A DNA stretch of 64,000 bases from Octopus sinensis (lineage: Eukaryota). Position 1 is the first letter of the stretch. Each line of letters begins with the position of its first letter. The stretch lies in the NCBI RefSeq assembly GCF_006345805.1, contig NC_042998.1, positions 5,394,001 through 5,458,000 of the forward strand, written 5' to 3'. The notes beneath the pieces were generated by a model. It saw nothing but the letters and a program-made list of their open reading frames with translations, was not told where the DNA came from and made no database searches. This document shows positions 1 to 13,809 of the stretch, in pieces. A program made the position numbers and the translations under genes.

Positions 1-306
1 TTTATTTTCAGAGCAGATATCTAAAATAATGCCACAGCAATTGTGAATTGTATTTGTTGATTTTAATGAGGTGCAGCATATCATACGCCACCTAGCGATC
101 CATCCACCAATGAACCGTCTATCCAATTTTGTTTGTCAATTTGAGGCTGCTATCATGTCGATTGTTGCTTTCATTTCCATCTCCTTCAGAAGTACAATTC
201 TACGTTCCTCCTCCTCCTCCACCTCATCGTCATCATCAGCAGCAGTAACAACAACAGCAGCAGCATCACGACAGTTGTTAAATATGCATTAACATTTCAT
301 TTAATA

Positions 307-706
307 CTATCAGTATCGCCCGGCGTTGCTCGGGCTTGTAAGGGAAATAACTATATAAGCATTTTTAGAGAGTTATAGCCAAAAAGTAGCAAAACAATGC
401 ATTGAAAATGGAAAAAAAATTATGGTAAACTTTTTTTTAAATCATTGACTCATCGTAGACATTTTTAGAGAGTTACTTCGCTTATATAATAGCGAAAAAA
501 TGCATTAAAATGGAAACAAATGATGGCAATTTTCTTTTTAATCGGTGACTCATCGTAGACGCGCGCTAATACCCAGAAGGGCTCGATATGAATCACGACT
601 ATAAGATACCCGGTTTTGGTTAAACTGCACCGCAAAATGTGGGAGTAGTTAGGAATCTAAATTGTAGGAGACAGACAGCACACAACCTCACTTTCATATA
701 TAAAGA
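307..706 (-). mobile_element. Non-autonomous Helitron, copy 1 (3' CTAG mutated)
   Basis: Minus strand starts A|TCTTTATATAT and ends with GC hairpin CCCGAGCAACGCCGGG about 8 nt before the terminus. Two internal ~105-bp repeats. Homologous end to end with 46284-46679. Confidence 0.8.
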
Positions 707-732
707 TTAGTTTAATAGGTATAATCTTAATC

Positions 733-1169
733 AAGGCGGCGAGCTAGCAGAAACCTTAGCACGCCGGGCGAAATGCTAGCGGTATTTCGTCTGCTGCTAC
801 GTTCTGAGTTCAAATTCCGCCGATGGTAAATTTTTTTTTAAATCGTTCGACTTTGCCTTTCATCCTTTCGGGGTCGATTAAATAAGTACCAGTTACGCAC
901 TGCGGTCAATATAATCGACTTAATTCGTTTGTCTGTCCTTGTTTGTCCCTTCTGTGTTTAGCCCCTCGTGAGTAGTAAAGAAATAGGTATTTCGACTGCC
1001 GTTACGTTCTGAGTTCAAATTCCGCCGAGGTCGACTTTGCCTTTCATACTTTCGAGGTCGATTAAATAAGTACCAGTTACGCACTGAGGTCGATGTAATC
1101 GACTTAATCCGTTCGTCTGTCCTTGTTTGTCCTTTGTGTGTTTAGCCCCTTGTGGGTAGTAAAGAAATA
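733..1169 (+). mobile_element. SINE family A, young tail, 1.7-mer form
   Basis: tRNA-like head (GGCGGCGAGCTAGCAGAA ... GAGTTCAAATTCC), central GCCTTTCATCCTTTCGGGGTCGAT domain, tail ending GTAAAGAAATA. TSD AGGTATAATCTTAA at 717-730 and 1170-1183. Confidence 0.9.
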
Positions 1170-1972
1170 AGGTATAATCTTAAGCTTCTGTTAACTTGAT
1201 GTATTTAGTTCGATTCTTTCCACTCTTATAAATAATTTGCAACACAGACTTAACTCATGATTCAGATTTATAAGAGTTTGTAAGGGAGAATAGAACCGGT
1301 CATGTGACGTGCATAACTTTCTCAATGCTTTTCCAATGCAAACAAAACTGATACGGTAGCAATTTAGATTCAAAATTTACCTTCTAATTTCCCTTTCATC
1401 ATTTCTGTAAGAGTACCTTATCGTAACTCATTTCTTTAGTTTTAGTATCGATTGCTTTTTTGTTGTTTTTGTTTTGATAAAATATACTGCAAAGGTAAGT
1501 TATGGTTAATTACATCGATATCAGTTTGTAATTAGTACTCATTTCATCAATAGGATCAAATAAAACAGTAAACCTGGCAGATTTTCGAAACGAGAATGAG
1601 AACTGACCCATACAACTTAAATCGTGAAGCTTTCTACAGCTGTCTTTTCTGCCTATCAGCCATAAGCAAAAGAGTGAATCAATACATTAGTACAAGATAA
1701 CAGATTTGTAAAGGATGGGTGCAACTGATCGTATCAATTATAATATATTTCCAAAGCTAATTTTCTCAGCCTCAGATGAATGTCATTGAAGGTCGACCCT
1801 AGCAGGATTTCAGCTTGGAACACTGAAGTTTAAAATCAAAAACTATGTACTCTTGCTGCTAAATTGGCACTTTTCCTTTGCTCTGATATTGACATCTTAC
1901 ACAGATATACTATTTGAAACTTGTAGAAAAGGAGAGATGCAAACGATTTAATATTCATTATTTAGTCAAAGT

Positions 1973-2171
1973 AAGGAGGCGAGCGAACAGAATTGTTAGC
2001 ACACCGTACAAAACACTTAGCGGCATTTCGTCCATCTTTACGTTCTGAGTTCAAATGCCACCGAGATCGACTTCGCCTTTCATCCTTTCGGGGGTTGATT
2101 AAATAAATACAATTTGAGTACTGAGATTAATGGAAATTTTAGGCTTTCTGTCTATGGAAGAAAAGATTATT
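1973..2171 (+). mobile_element. SINE family A, old tail, diverged
   Basis: Same head and central domain, tail AAATTTTAGGC...GAAAAGATTATT. Confidence 0.8.
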
Positions 2172-2781
2172 TAACCAACATCTTTGGTATTTTACAGTAA
2201 CAGAAATAGCTTTCATCAAGCGTCAAAACTGGGTTGACCAGCCAATGAAGGACCCTCTACACTGTCGATTGACCTCCTAGAAATAGTAACCAAATGTGCA
2301 ATAAAACTGTACCATCTTAAAAATAGAAAGATACATTGATAAACGAGTCCTACATGCAAATTATCAGATGAGATGGAAATATCATAATTGAGAGTCCTTT
2401 ACACATTGGTTTCTATGTATCATGGCTGGTTTCCCTCGGTCTAAACAATAGTAAAACAATTGTGTTACCTCCTTGAGTTACTCATTTGGTACGTTATGGT
2501 CATGATTTGCAAAAGTAATATGTAGTTGGTTAAACTAACGTCAAGTTATAGACTGTGGAACAAGGAAAAACTAGGTCAACACTGACAGGACTTGAAATCA
2601 GAATGTGAAGCGAAAATTCTAAATAATACATTGATCATCAACAACTCAGCAACGCCTTAACCAAAACAGTATACCACCCCCAAACCATTTATGCAATTTA
2701 GTTAGTCGATTTGAGGTTGTTGTCATATTCCTTGTTGCTACCATTTTCGTTTCCATCATAATTATATTCACTACGACCGGG

Positions 2782-3013
2782 AAGGCGGCGAGCTGGCAGA
2801 AACGTTAGCACGCCAGGCGAAATGCTTAGCGGTATTTCGTCTGCTGCTACGTTCTGAGTTCAAATTCCGCCGAGGTCGACTTTGCCTTTCATCCTTTCGG
2901 GGTCGATTAATTAAGTACCAGTTACGCACTGGGATCGATATAATCGACTTAATTCGTTTGTCTGTCCTTGTTTGTCCCCTCTATGTTTAGCCCCTTGTGG
3001 GTAATAAAGAAAC
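2782..3013 (+). mobile_element. SINE family A, young tail, monomer
   Basis: Full head, body and tail. TSD TATATTCACTACGAC at 2763-2777 and 3015-3029. Confidence 0.9.
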
Positions 3014-3048
3014 ATATATTCACTACGACTTTCCCTCTTCTTAATTGC

Positions 3049-3134
3049 CACCACCACCATCATCATCATCATCATCATCATCAAGCAGACTATACTTTCT
3101 CTAATCTCAAAGAATATGATGTATATATATAGTT

Positions 3135-3185
<51 letters not shown>

Positions 3186-3196
3186 AGTTTATATAT

Positions 3197-3244
<48 letters not shown>

Positions 3245-3245
3245 T
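3049..3245. repeat. (CAC/CAT)n and (TA)n microsatellites
   Basis: Direct reading. Confidence 0.9.
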
Positions 3246-4267
3246 TTCTCTTACTGTTATCAGCTTCGTATTCATGTTCTCTTTCTCTAGAATGACCCTG
3301 TTTCACATTTCATTATCCATCATACAACTTATTTCTCTTTTATTGAAAATCCTATCCTATTTTCCTATCTAAAATATTCTTACCTATATTGCTGTCTCGT
3401 TAGTGACCTTATGTCTCTTTATGAGCCATTAGTTAAAAATATCAGAAGAGATATAAGCCAGCGAAACAAATACCACTATTTACGTCTTGATTTCATGCAT
3501 CCTAAATTGTCTTACAAAGAAGAAAAAAAAATGTCTGCGATAACCATTAAATGAATTACTGTTATAAATAGCTTGTATGCCATTCCTCATTACGTTTAAC
3601 TTTCAAGCTCCCGTTAATGTAATTTTTACTTCATTGTATGTATTGTATGTATTTTTTTTCTTTAACCTGAAGCATCTTACCATTAGTATTACAAACTATG
3701 GACGAGCTGATTCCTTATTAGAATTGATGACAATGTAAGATAATATATCTACTTCTGATTTCTGAGATTCCTATTCAAAGGATTCATATTCAAAGGTTAT
3801 CAATAGATTGGTTTCGAGCATATAGGTCGTATCATGGTATATATGGGCAGGACACATATTTTGTGCATATCTAGATTTATCTGCCTAGATATTCTAGGAA
3901 CGTTATCTAAGTGAAGACAGCACTTTAGTGAAATTGTATAGTGGAGAAGGGGGGCCTTAGACGTTTGTCTGTCAAACACTTAACATCTTAAAACTGAACT
4001 TAAGTACTTTAAAGCACGTGCCAAGTGGTTGAGAAATTATTAGTAGCCTCATATAATTTTATATTTTTGTGAGAAGAAACAAATTGAAAATATGACATCT
4101 ATGTTTTCCTGGATTACAAGATGTGAGTAGCAAGGCTATAGTATGCAATCACTGGGAACTTACTACCATTCTATGTTAGAAGTTTACAAGAATTTGTGAC
4201 TAGAGTTAGAGAGTTTTGGTGTGGTCACTTGACGCACCAGTATGTGCTAGTAATAAAATAAAATAAA

Positions 4268-4507
4268 CTTTTAAAGCCTAACCAGGCTCATGGGCCCGGT
4301 TTCCAGGTTTCAATGGTGTATGTGTTCCCAAGCTGGATGGGACACCAGTCCAGAGCAGCGTCACTCATTTTTGCCAGCTGAGTGGAGTGGAGCAACGTGA
4401 AATGAAGTGTTTTGCTCAAGAACACAACGCGTCGGCCGGTCCAGGAATCGAAACCACAATCTTACGATCATGATGCTGACACCCTAACCACTAAGCCACG
4501 CGCCTCT
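4268..4507 (-). mobile_element. SINE family C (tRNA head, CORE-like segment)
   Basis: Minus strand GGCGCGTGGCTTAGTGGTTAGGG ... GGTTTCGATTCC (A/B boxes), then TTCTTGAGCAAAACACTT. TSD ATGTGCTAGTAATA at 4242-4255 and 4510-4523. Homologous to 27762-28004. Confidence 0.88.
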
Positions 4508-6254
4508 GCATGTGCTAGTAATACCAGCCGAAAATCACCCAAGTCGCACCGTATCTTAAAAAAACACAGGACACACTTCAACTGTGAAGTCCTTAATTAT
4601 GCAAAAAGGCGATGTGGTTACAGTTAGAACACATTTGACCATAGATCTATTCGACCAGGGCTGACTTGGGTTAAAGTAACTCAAACAATGACAAGGATTT
4701 GAATTTTTCACTTCGACACTAATTTTTATAGAGGTAGTGGGTGCAATACCATTGATGACACACACCAGATTTCTTTATATATTGAGCCAGTTAAGTATTC
4801 AATTAAATCCACTCTAGCCTTCAAGGAATCTAATATTTTGAAATAACAAAACAGTATTTATACAACCAGTGTGTGATATATGTAATATAGGCATGAAAAA
4901 CATAAAGATATGAATAATTCACGATGAAATGTTCCAACAGATGGCACAGCTGATCGTCTTGTTTGAACAGTAGCCTTCGAGATCTGATGGCTCTGTAGTG
5001 TACATCGCATTCTTTCATTCTCTGACTACTTAATTCACCGAGGCAGTAAAATTTCCAGTGATTCTTATCATCACAAGTCTCATATCCGGGCTTTCTGCCA
5101 TGCCCCACCAATCTCATGGCATTTATTTTTTTTATTTATGTGAATCTACAACTAAGCATAGATCTAGATTTGTTCTATGGGTGTCGAAGTTCATTTTAGC
5201 ATTCTATATGTGTTAACTCTACTCGACCATGGGTCCTTTTTCGTGATATATTAGCGTGTACCAGCTGCCTGTATTGTATCACAAAATGGAGGCGTGCCAA
5301 AAAGCTAAGTCTCCACTAATATACTTTATCGTGAATCTTGTGAGACACGTGTTCGGTCTGCCTTTTCGTCTCCTCCATTTTGAATACAACATACAGAATT
5401 TTCTAATTTCTTCACCTACTAGGATAATAGGCCATTCCATACCTCGGTTAGTTCTGTTTGAAATTACGCTTTGAAATTGCTACAAGAAAATCCCTTGTGA
5501 CTGACGAAAAGCAGATATTTCCGGTTTTCTTTTTCATGCATTTTGATAAGAAACTACTTTATTTCAGAGCTTGCTACTATCACAAAGATTTCTCAGGTAA
5601 TTTTTTTTTTCTCCGCCATATAATTCATATCAAGTGTCTGCCTTCAGCAAAAGAAGGAGCATTGAAAACGATTTTCCCCGTTACTCAATCCTAACTCTCT
5701 ATTCTCTTTTTCTACTTGGTGAAAATAGATGTGATGAGATTGATTATATATGTGCATTGTTGTTGTTGCTGCTGCTGTTTGATATATCATAACGGAAAAC
5801 TTTTGCAATGTTTAGTTTGTGTTTTCAATCAATAAATTATTTATATTTTCTCATGAAAAATATTTACATTTTACCATGAGTTTAAATTGGCATCCATTTC
5901 TTGTTTTTTTTTCCTGTTTGTTTTCTGTGCCGTTATATTCAACTGAATTTTTTTGATAGGCGATATTTCTTTGTCGACTTGTAGCCATTTATTTTAGCTT
6001 GGATGTAAACTCAAAAATTAATGGTGTATAAAATGTCTGAAAATGACCAACCTTTTTCTTTTCTTTCGGAATATGGACGATTCAGATGGGTTTTCTGAAA
6101 GTATTATTTACAAAGAAATATTTACAAAGGAAGGTGAGAAAACATTTTCTACACAGAAACACATTCCCACACTCTTCCACGTTTACTGCTGCTGCTGCAG
6201 CTATTACTACTAAGACTACTACTACTTGTGTTGTTGCTACTAATAATAACTGCT

Positions 6255-6717
6255 CCAAATTTTGACACAAGGCCAACCATTTTTAGGAAGAAGTGGCAAA
6301 TTTATATAACATCAACCCCGTACATGGTTTATATTTATTTATCGACTCCGAAATGACAAAAGACAAAGTTGACTTCAGTGGGATGTGAATTCAGAAAGTA
6401 AAGAAATGCTTCTAAGCATTTTGTTCAACGTGTTAAAGGTTCTCTCAGCTCACCACCTTAATAACAATAATAATAATCCTTCCTACTATACGCACGTTGC
6501 TGCCTGAAATTTTGGAGGAAGAGGAGGAGGAAGGAGAGGAGGGGAGGAGGAGGCTTGTTGATTACATCGATCTCAGGGATCCACTGGAACTTCATCGACC
6601 CCGGAAGCATGAAAGGCAAAGTCGACGTTGGCAAAATTTAAACTCAGGACGTAAAGAGTCCTGAAATATCGCTAAGCATTTTGTCCAGCGTGCTAACGAT
6701 TCTGCCTACTCGTCACC

Positions 6718-6786
<69 letters not shown>

Positions 6787-7001
6787 CTTTTCTACTAAAG
6801 GCACAAGGCCTGAAATTTTGCAGTGAGGGGACTAGTCGATGTAATCGACCCCAGTATTTCACTGGTACTTAATTTATCGACCCCAAAAGGATTAAAGACA
6901 AGTGCAACCTCGACGGAATTTGACCTCAGTATGTAAAGACGGACGAAATGCCGCTAAGCATTGCGCCCGGCGTGTTAATGAATCTGTCAGCTCGCCGCCT
7001 T
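6255..7001 (-). mobile_element. Head-to-tail chain of three old-tail family A SINEs separated by (TAA)n
   Basis: Units at about 6255-6460, 6478-6718 and 6786-7001, each with the reverse complement of the A head and central domain. TAA tracts lie between them. Confidence 0.82.
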
Positions 7002-7029
7002 AATAATGATGATAATAATAATAATAACA

Positions 7030-7884
7030 TTTTCTTTATTAACTATTTCGGGTACACAAAAGCATTGGAGACAGTACAGAAGAGGGGACAACATAGCATT
7101 ATACAAATCATGTGGACAACGAAATAACAGAAACAAAGAAATTGAAAATCAAACAAGAAATAATTCCCCTAAAGAGAGTGAACTTCCAAGCGCTGCTCAT
7201 GAAAATCCCACAAAACCACGGTCAGACTGACAACTAAAGCAAGTGCTCTTCCCATCCCCCTTTCTCAATCTACAGGCACATACTCGGAGCAGATCTGTTC
7301 ACTCGGACTATCCTTACCACTTTCGATAAATTTTGTGATGTCCTCAGCATTACCACTTTCCTTTTGAAAGAAAACTTGAAAAAGTTAATTAGGGCTTAGT
7401 CAAAGGAGAAGGTGTCTGTTTGCAGCCCTTCCAGTCTTATCCGCAACACAACCAGTTTCACCGAAGTCAACGCACCCATGAAATCTACCTCTGCTTGCAA
7501 TCCAAAATAAGGTGGAGATACGATTTTCACTGTGGACCCAGCTGATAGCTAGATCCATCCCATACGCTGCAGGTGTTTAACAGAACTCCACAAGTCAACA
7601 ATGCTCAGACACCGGATGAATGCATGCCGGATGCTTTTGTTACTCTGCACGCACCTTGGGCGGCAAGCCTGGATGATGTTACTTCCGTGTCTGTAGCATT
7701 TACGCTAAACTTGTAATGCTGCCTGGTAGCACTTCCAGGCAAGTATTTCTAGAAATTGTCTATGAGCCCCGCCAGAAAGTCCTCCAAAACAGACCAGTCA
7801 GACGATTTTAGTCAAAATCTGCCACTAATCCTCGACAGAACGCTAAAGTCAAACTTTTACCGATTGCATTACCTGACTGACAGA

Positions 7885-7920
<36 letters not shown>

Positions 7921-10430
7921 TGATCGCCCGTTGGCACTCTAAATGCTAGCGCTTCGTCGAAGTCTAAACTTGATAAGAAACTGCAGCTCTGGCAAAAAGA
8001 CAAGTTGTGGAAAAGCGTATCAGACAAGCGGCGGTCACACTTGCTGGAGATGTCACAGCTTCAGTGCATGTCTGCGCATCATCAGCTATTACATGAACAA
8101 TCCTCCACTTACCAAGGGATAAAAACAAAGGGATCGGAATACCTGGCACTCCACTTTGGTAAGACATGAAATTGAGCAAAGTACGACGCTTAGACTGTAA
8201 TATACGAAAAGAGCGATGGAATTTATACCACCTCTTCCTGACCTTTTAGAGATAGGTTTTTTTTTTTCTCGGTTCGTACCTTGATGCGATTGGTTCTCCT
8301 GTGCGTCACCTCGTCTCAGTTCTTATGTATTTGGAAAGCTTTACAAAACCAGATCGTGAGCAATTTAACCGATCGGGCAAACACCTTACGAATCTATTGG
8401 ACGCCATGGAACTGCCACTCCAAGTACTGAGTTACTGATTTGTCTTGATTGATTATTGCTCCTGTCGCCGTTTCTTGGTCCCTAAGAACAAGCTCAATCA
8501 CATTTATTTGTTGGCGTCTGATACTATGACAATGGTGACATCGTCAGTGTATGCCGACATAGATTTTCCGCATCCTACTTCGTGCAGGATGCCTGTTAAC
8601 ACACCCAGTTTCCAGAAGAGTGGCTCAAGTATCAATACATACAGAAAAAACGAGAAGGGATGGACATGATGGTTCCGATAGGTGGCCATATACCCTTACT
8701 TACAAAGCTGATATCACTGTAGTGTCCCGCTCGCGGAAGAGGGGATTGAAACCGGCTGCTGTAAGAGCAGCCACCAGGTATTGATGGACGACATAATCTA
8801 AAAGTTTTGATTGTGCTAAATTGCTCAGAGTCCCATACATACCAGGTTTCCACATTCTACGTGAGGTGTCGTACGAAATGGAGGTTGTGAAGAGATATTT
8901 TCGGGATGGTACATTTTTGTGAAATATCATCGACAAGCGTCAACCACTTCGCTAACACTTTAACCAAAAATTTTGAAATCTGTGTTTAGTAGGGATACGG
9001 TAGAAAAATTATTAATGTGATTCCCCTTGTTAATGTATCTTCTCATAAGTGAGAACTCAGAATTCTTCCAGCCTTCTGCCACTTGCAGTAAATATCTGCC
9101 AAAGGGGTCTTACAACAAGTCTAATATATAATGTATAGGGATCGGTGCAAATCATCCAAATCAAACGATATGCATCCTTGCAGCTAGCTAATGCTTCCTG
9201 TATTTCTGCAGCTGCTATCGGCTTGTTGCAACATTCTGGTTCTCTTGACGAGAATCGTAGAAGTTTGTCAGGGGTGGACGCTACGTTCCGGTGCTCCGCT
9301 CATACTGAACACTCCATCAAAGTGCTGCTACGAAATTGTACGCATTAGCTATGTGTCATGTGACATGCTTCTATTCTTGTCCACCGAAGACTGAGCTGTG
9401 GCTTTATTGCTACGTTGCACCTCTGCTACTGCCTCTGTAATGCCTTTCATCCTTTCGTATCTTAGAGAACTGGGCTGAGTTCTGACAACACAGCTTCCGG
9501 ACTTCCTGTTGAGATACCGGTCAAGAACCAGTTTTACCACGTGCACTCAGTAGAGATGCCTTTACTGAGCGCATCTTCTCAAATTTTAACTGAGTCTCCT
9601 TCTATACTCTTTGTCGCCATCTTTACTTCTTGACTTAGCCGAATCGATTCTATTTTAATAACTCTTAGTGAATAGCCTTTTGTTGTTGTCGACTGTCACC
9701 GTTAACACTCGTTTAACTAATTCGTTAATCTAATCCCTTTAATTTGGGACGCCGGGAGCGTTGCGCTTAGCTTCCAGTGACCAGTTCTCTGTCAGAGAAT
9801 TCTGTTTAGGTCGACAGTGCAACTCACAAATTTCTAATCTGCGCATCCGAAGATTTTAAATCATGGACAATTTATGCTATCCTGATCCACTGACCTACAG
9901 AAAATTTTATCTAGATATAATCTGAATGATCTAATGTCATTTGTCCATTGTACATTCAGGAAATCCTATACGTACCTGTCAGATAGTTAGAAATGTTCTG
10001 GTAGGCTTACGAGGTTTTTGTTCTGTCCTTTCTTATCTACTAGCTCAACACAATCCAAACGTATATCTAAGATAGTGCTTCAATCGTCCACTAACACTGA
10101 GAAAAGCCTGCAGACACTCGAAGAAATCTAGCTTCCCCGCCCTTGCTCGGGTGTAAACAAGTACTAGTTATAGGGCTCACAATTAGCTGCTGATGATGTC
10201 CTGTACATCAAACTTAGCTTCTATGTCCATAAAGATTGCCAATATCATGAGATTCAGACTCCTCCAGAAGAACATTTAATCTCCTGATCTCATTCCACCT
10301 GGAGATGTGTACGTGTGGTAACCTCCAGAAAGAGGAAAGGTCCACTTACATTATTCCTATTGAAAGAGAGTGACAGGTCTTCCATCCATCGGCTGGCTGT
10401 GGGCGTTTCTACAAGTAATTTCATAGTCTC
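7030..10430 (-). mobile_element. Decayed L1/Tx1-like LINE (EN-RT ORF2 remnant plus 3' UTR)
   Basis: Minus-strand peptides GHWKLSATL (~9757-9783, cf. GxWKLNxxLL), NLAQSKLLDYVVHQYL (cf. LDQxKAFDRVxHxYL), PFSFFLYVLILEPL (cf. PLSPLLYxLxxEPL) and AYTDDVT (YADD motif). AATAAAGAAA at the 3' end. Many stops and frameshifts. 5' boundary uncertain. Confidence 0.85.
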
Positions 10431-11887
10431 TTGTTTATACTTCCCGTGAAATCTCTTCCATGTATTGCCGCGCTGTGGCTTCCACTGTTAGTGTTGTTAT
10501 TTCTATAATTGTTGTAGGTCCTACTTTCAGTATTACATACTATTCTTCAAGTTAGTTGTTGTAGGTGTTTCTGATGTGGTTGCTACTCTTATGTTGATGT
10601 TATGGTACTGACTGTAATGGTGGCTTTCTATAAGCTTACATTTATATTGTTTCGTGAAACAATAGGCCCTAGGTCGATTAGTGTCTGCACAAGTGTAGTA
10701 CTGAGGTCTTCCACGCTCAACTGTCGTCTGAACTTACTGCCTTCCTGAGATTTCTGCAAGGTTAGAGTTATTATTCAGTGTCTCAGGTTTCACATTAATC
10801 ACAATTTCCAACCCCATCCCAATCCAACTTTCATTTCAAAATCTCTTTCTTTTTTTTTTCTAGCAGCATGCTAAGATGTTCCGAAACCATATATTTTACC
10901 GCTCCACTCACCAATAGTCTAGTCCTGGTGGTATAGGCGGGATTTGTACTTGGATTACTCTCCGTCTCAAGTAGTAGGGTTTCAGTGTAAAATCTTCAGT
11001 CGTTTATGGATCGGTGGAGTGTTTGTGGTCTAAACTTTCCGAATGGCAAATACCTCAGATGTATCCGAACGTATGAACATGTCCTACAAACTTTATGCCT
11101 GAACAAATGTTTTTTAGTCAGATTGTAGTTTGGTCTAAAGAAATACGAACTAATTTTAGATAAGAATCTATACAGAATTGTATTCCTTTGTGTTTGCTCT
11201 AAAACGTGTCCCGGTTCACTTAGTGTAATGCTTTCCTCCACGTCTTTCAAATGCTCATGCCCTTTGTCGAGTGAAACATTTAAACTCTGGTAATCTCGGT
11301 AAAATAAAAAAAAATTGCTATGCGTTCACTTGGTGCTTTTGCCGCTACTACTGTTTTGTTACGTTTGTTAATAGTGTTACCGTTCCTTTCAATACTACTT
11401 TGAATACTTCCTCCCTTCCATGATCATAATGCTGTCTTCGCTACCATTGCTGCTGTTGCTACTGCTTTCGCTCTCGTTAATATTGTCTAAATTATTATAC
11501 TTGTTTTTGCTGTTACTGAAATTCCCTTTTGTCACAATAACACTATTCTCAATTAAAGGAAATTTGAGCTTTCAATGCTTGAATTATATTTTCGTTCCCT
11601 TCTACGTATTGTACCTGCCTTTCCGAGTCACCTCTTACTGATCCTATCAGTATACTGACAATGGAAGCCATCGCCATTGGTGTAAAACATAATGTTTTTC
11701 AAAACAAAATTTGAAAATACTTGTAATAAATTTCTGAGTCCAAAGGGGCGAGAAACGAAGAGTCAATCAGTCCTTGGTGTTTTGGTTGGTTTAAACAAAT
11801 TAACAATTTTTAAGCGTATAAAAAGGACAAACTTACGAGTTGTTGTTGACACCATAATAATAATAATAATAATAATAACACCAACAA

Positions 11888-12233
11888 CAACAAGAGAACT
11901 CAGAGAACGCAAGCCTACGCCAAGATAACACCAACATCCTCTCAGGATTAGCAAGAAATGATTTTTTAAATGAGAATATCTGAAATAAACTCGACTGCTC
12001 TCACAAACGAGAATAATAAAAATGAACCCGACCACTCTCAAAAAAATTAAGTAAAAAAGAGGAAATATATTCCAGAATTCTTGTCCGTCACTGGATTGAT
12101 CCTAAAATCTAATCAGTTCGTGCCAGTCACGAGGACAAACATCCCTGAAAATTTCATCCGAATCCATCCAGCGGTTCTTGAGAAATCTTGTTCGCGGACA
12201 AAGAAACAAACAACAAACACGACTAAGGCAGAG

Positions 12234-12237
<4 letters not shown>
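11888..12237 (+). mobile_element. Helentron-like non-autonomous element (HINE/DINE style)
   Basis: Begins ACAAGAGAACTCAGAGAACGCAAGCCTACGCCAAG, contains AAATTTCATCCGAATCCATCCAGCGGTTCTTGAG followed by a CAAA-type repeat, and sits between TAA tracts. Assignment rests on recalled architecture. Confidence 0.55.
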
Positions 12238-12301
<64 letters not shown>

Positions 12302-12302
<1 letters not shown>

Positions 12303-12640
12303 GTCTCTAAAAGAAATGGAGAAACTTTCAAAATACAAAGACCTGGAAATGGAGGTAACCAGAATGTGGAATCTAAAAACAGAAACAATTCTTATCATAG
12401 TAGGTGCATTAGGCATGATAAAAAATATTCAGACAAATACATAACAAAAACACCAGGACTTACAAACACATATAACATACAGAAAATTGCACTACTAGGC
12501 ACTGCACACATCCTACGCAGAACACTTTCCATACAATAACCATCAGAGCATCGCAACAAATCACAGCACATACCTAAGGCACACAGAGCTGCGCTCGGTA
12601 GTGAAGTGAAAGCACTCTATAAAAATAAAACTACTGAATG
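12302..12640 (+). mobile_element. R4/Dong-like non-LTR retrotransposon 3' fragment
   Basis: Translates EKLSKYKDLEMEVTRMWNLKTETILIIVGALG and, after a frameshift, IQKIALLGTAHILRRTL* (C-terminus of the restriction-like endonuclease domain). (TAA)n on both sides. Confidence 0.88.
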
Positions 12641-13308
<668 letters not shown>

Positions 13309-13309
13309 T

Positions 13310-13722
13310 CGCTTTATTATAAGCATAAGGCCTGAAATCCCAATACTTGACTGTTACTTTTTCCAAAAAGATGAACATGTAAGTCAACCACGGCCACATT
13401 TGAACACAGAACGTAAAAACTGCCGAAATACCATTAAGCATTTTCTTTCCCGCGTACTTATTTCTGCCAGCAAAACGCTTCTAATAATGGTTTCAAATTT
13501 TGGTATAAGGCCAACAATTTCGGGTGAGGGAATAAATTGATTGCATCGAATCACCCCCCACCACCCAACTGTCCACTTGGTACTTAATTTATCGACCTCG
13601 AAACGATGAAAGACTAAATCGAAACCGGTGGCATTTGAACTCAGAAAACAAAGTCTGAAGAAATGAAGAAATGCCGCAAAGCATTTTTTACAGAGCGGTA
13701 ACGATTCTGCCAGCACGTGATC
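13310..13722 (-). mobile_element. Two diverged old-tail family A SINEs in tandem
   Basis: Reverse-complement ATTTGAACTCAGAA, GGTACTTAATTTATCGACC and AAGGCCTGAAAT motifs, followed by (CAA)n(TAA)n. Confidence 0.72.
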
Positions 13723-13727
13723 ATCGC

Positions 13728-13809
<82 letters not shown>

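Noticed and set aside
10800-11250. Possible Tc1-like transposase remnant
   Set aside because: Only a faint resemblance. No DDE spacing or TIRs visible.
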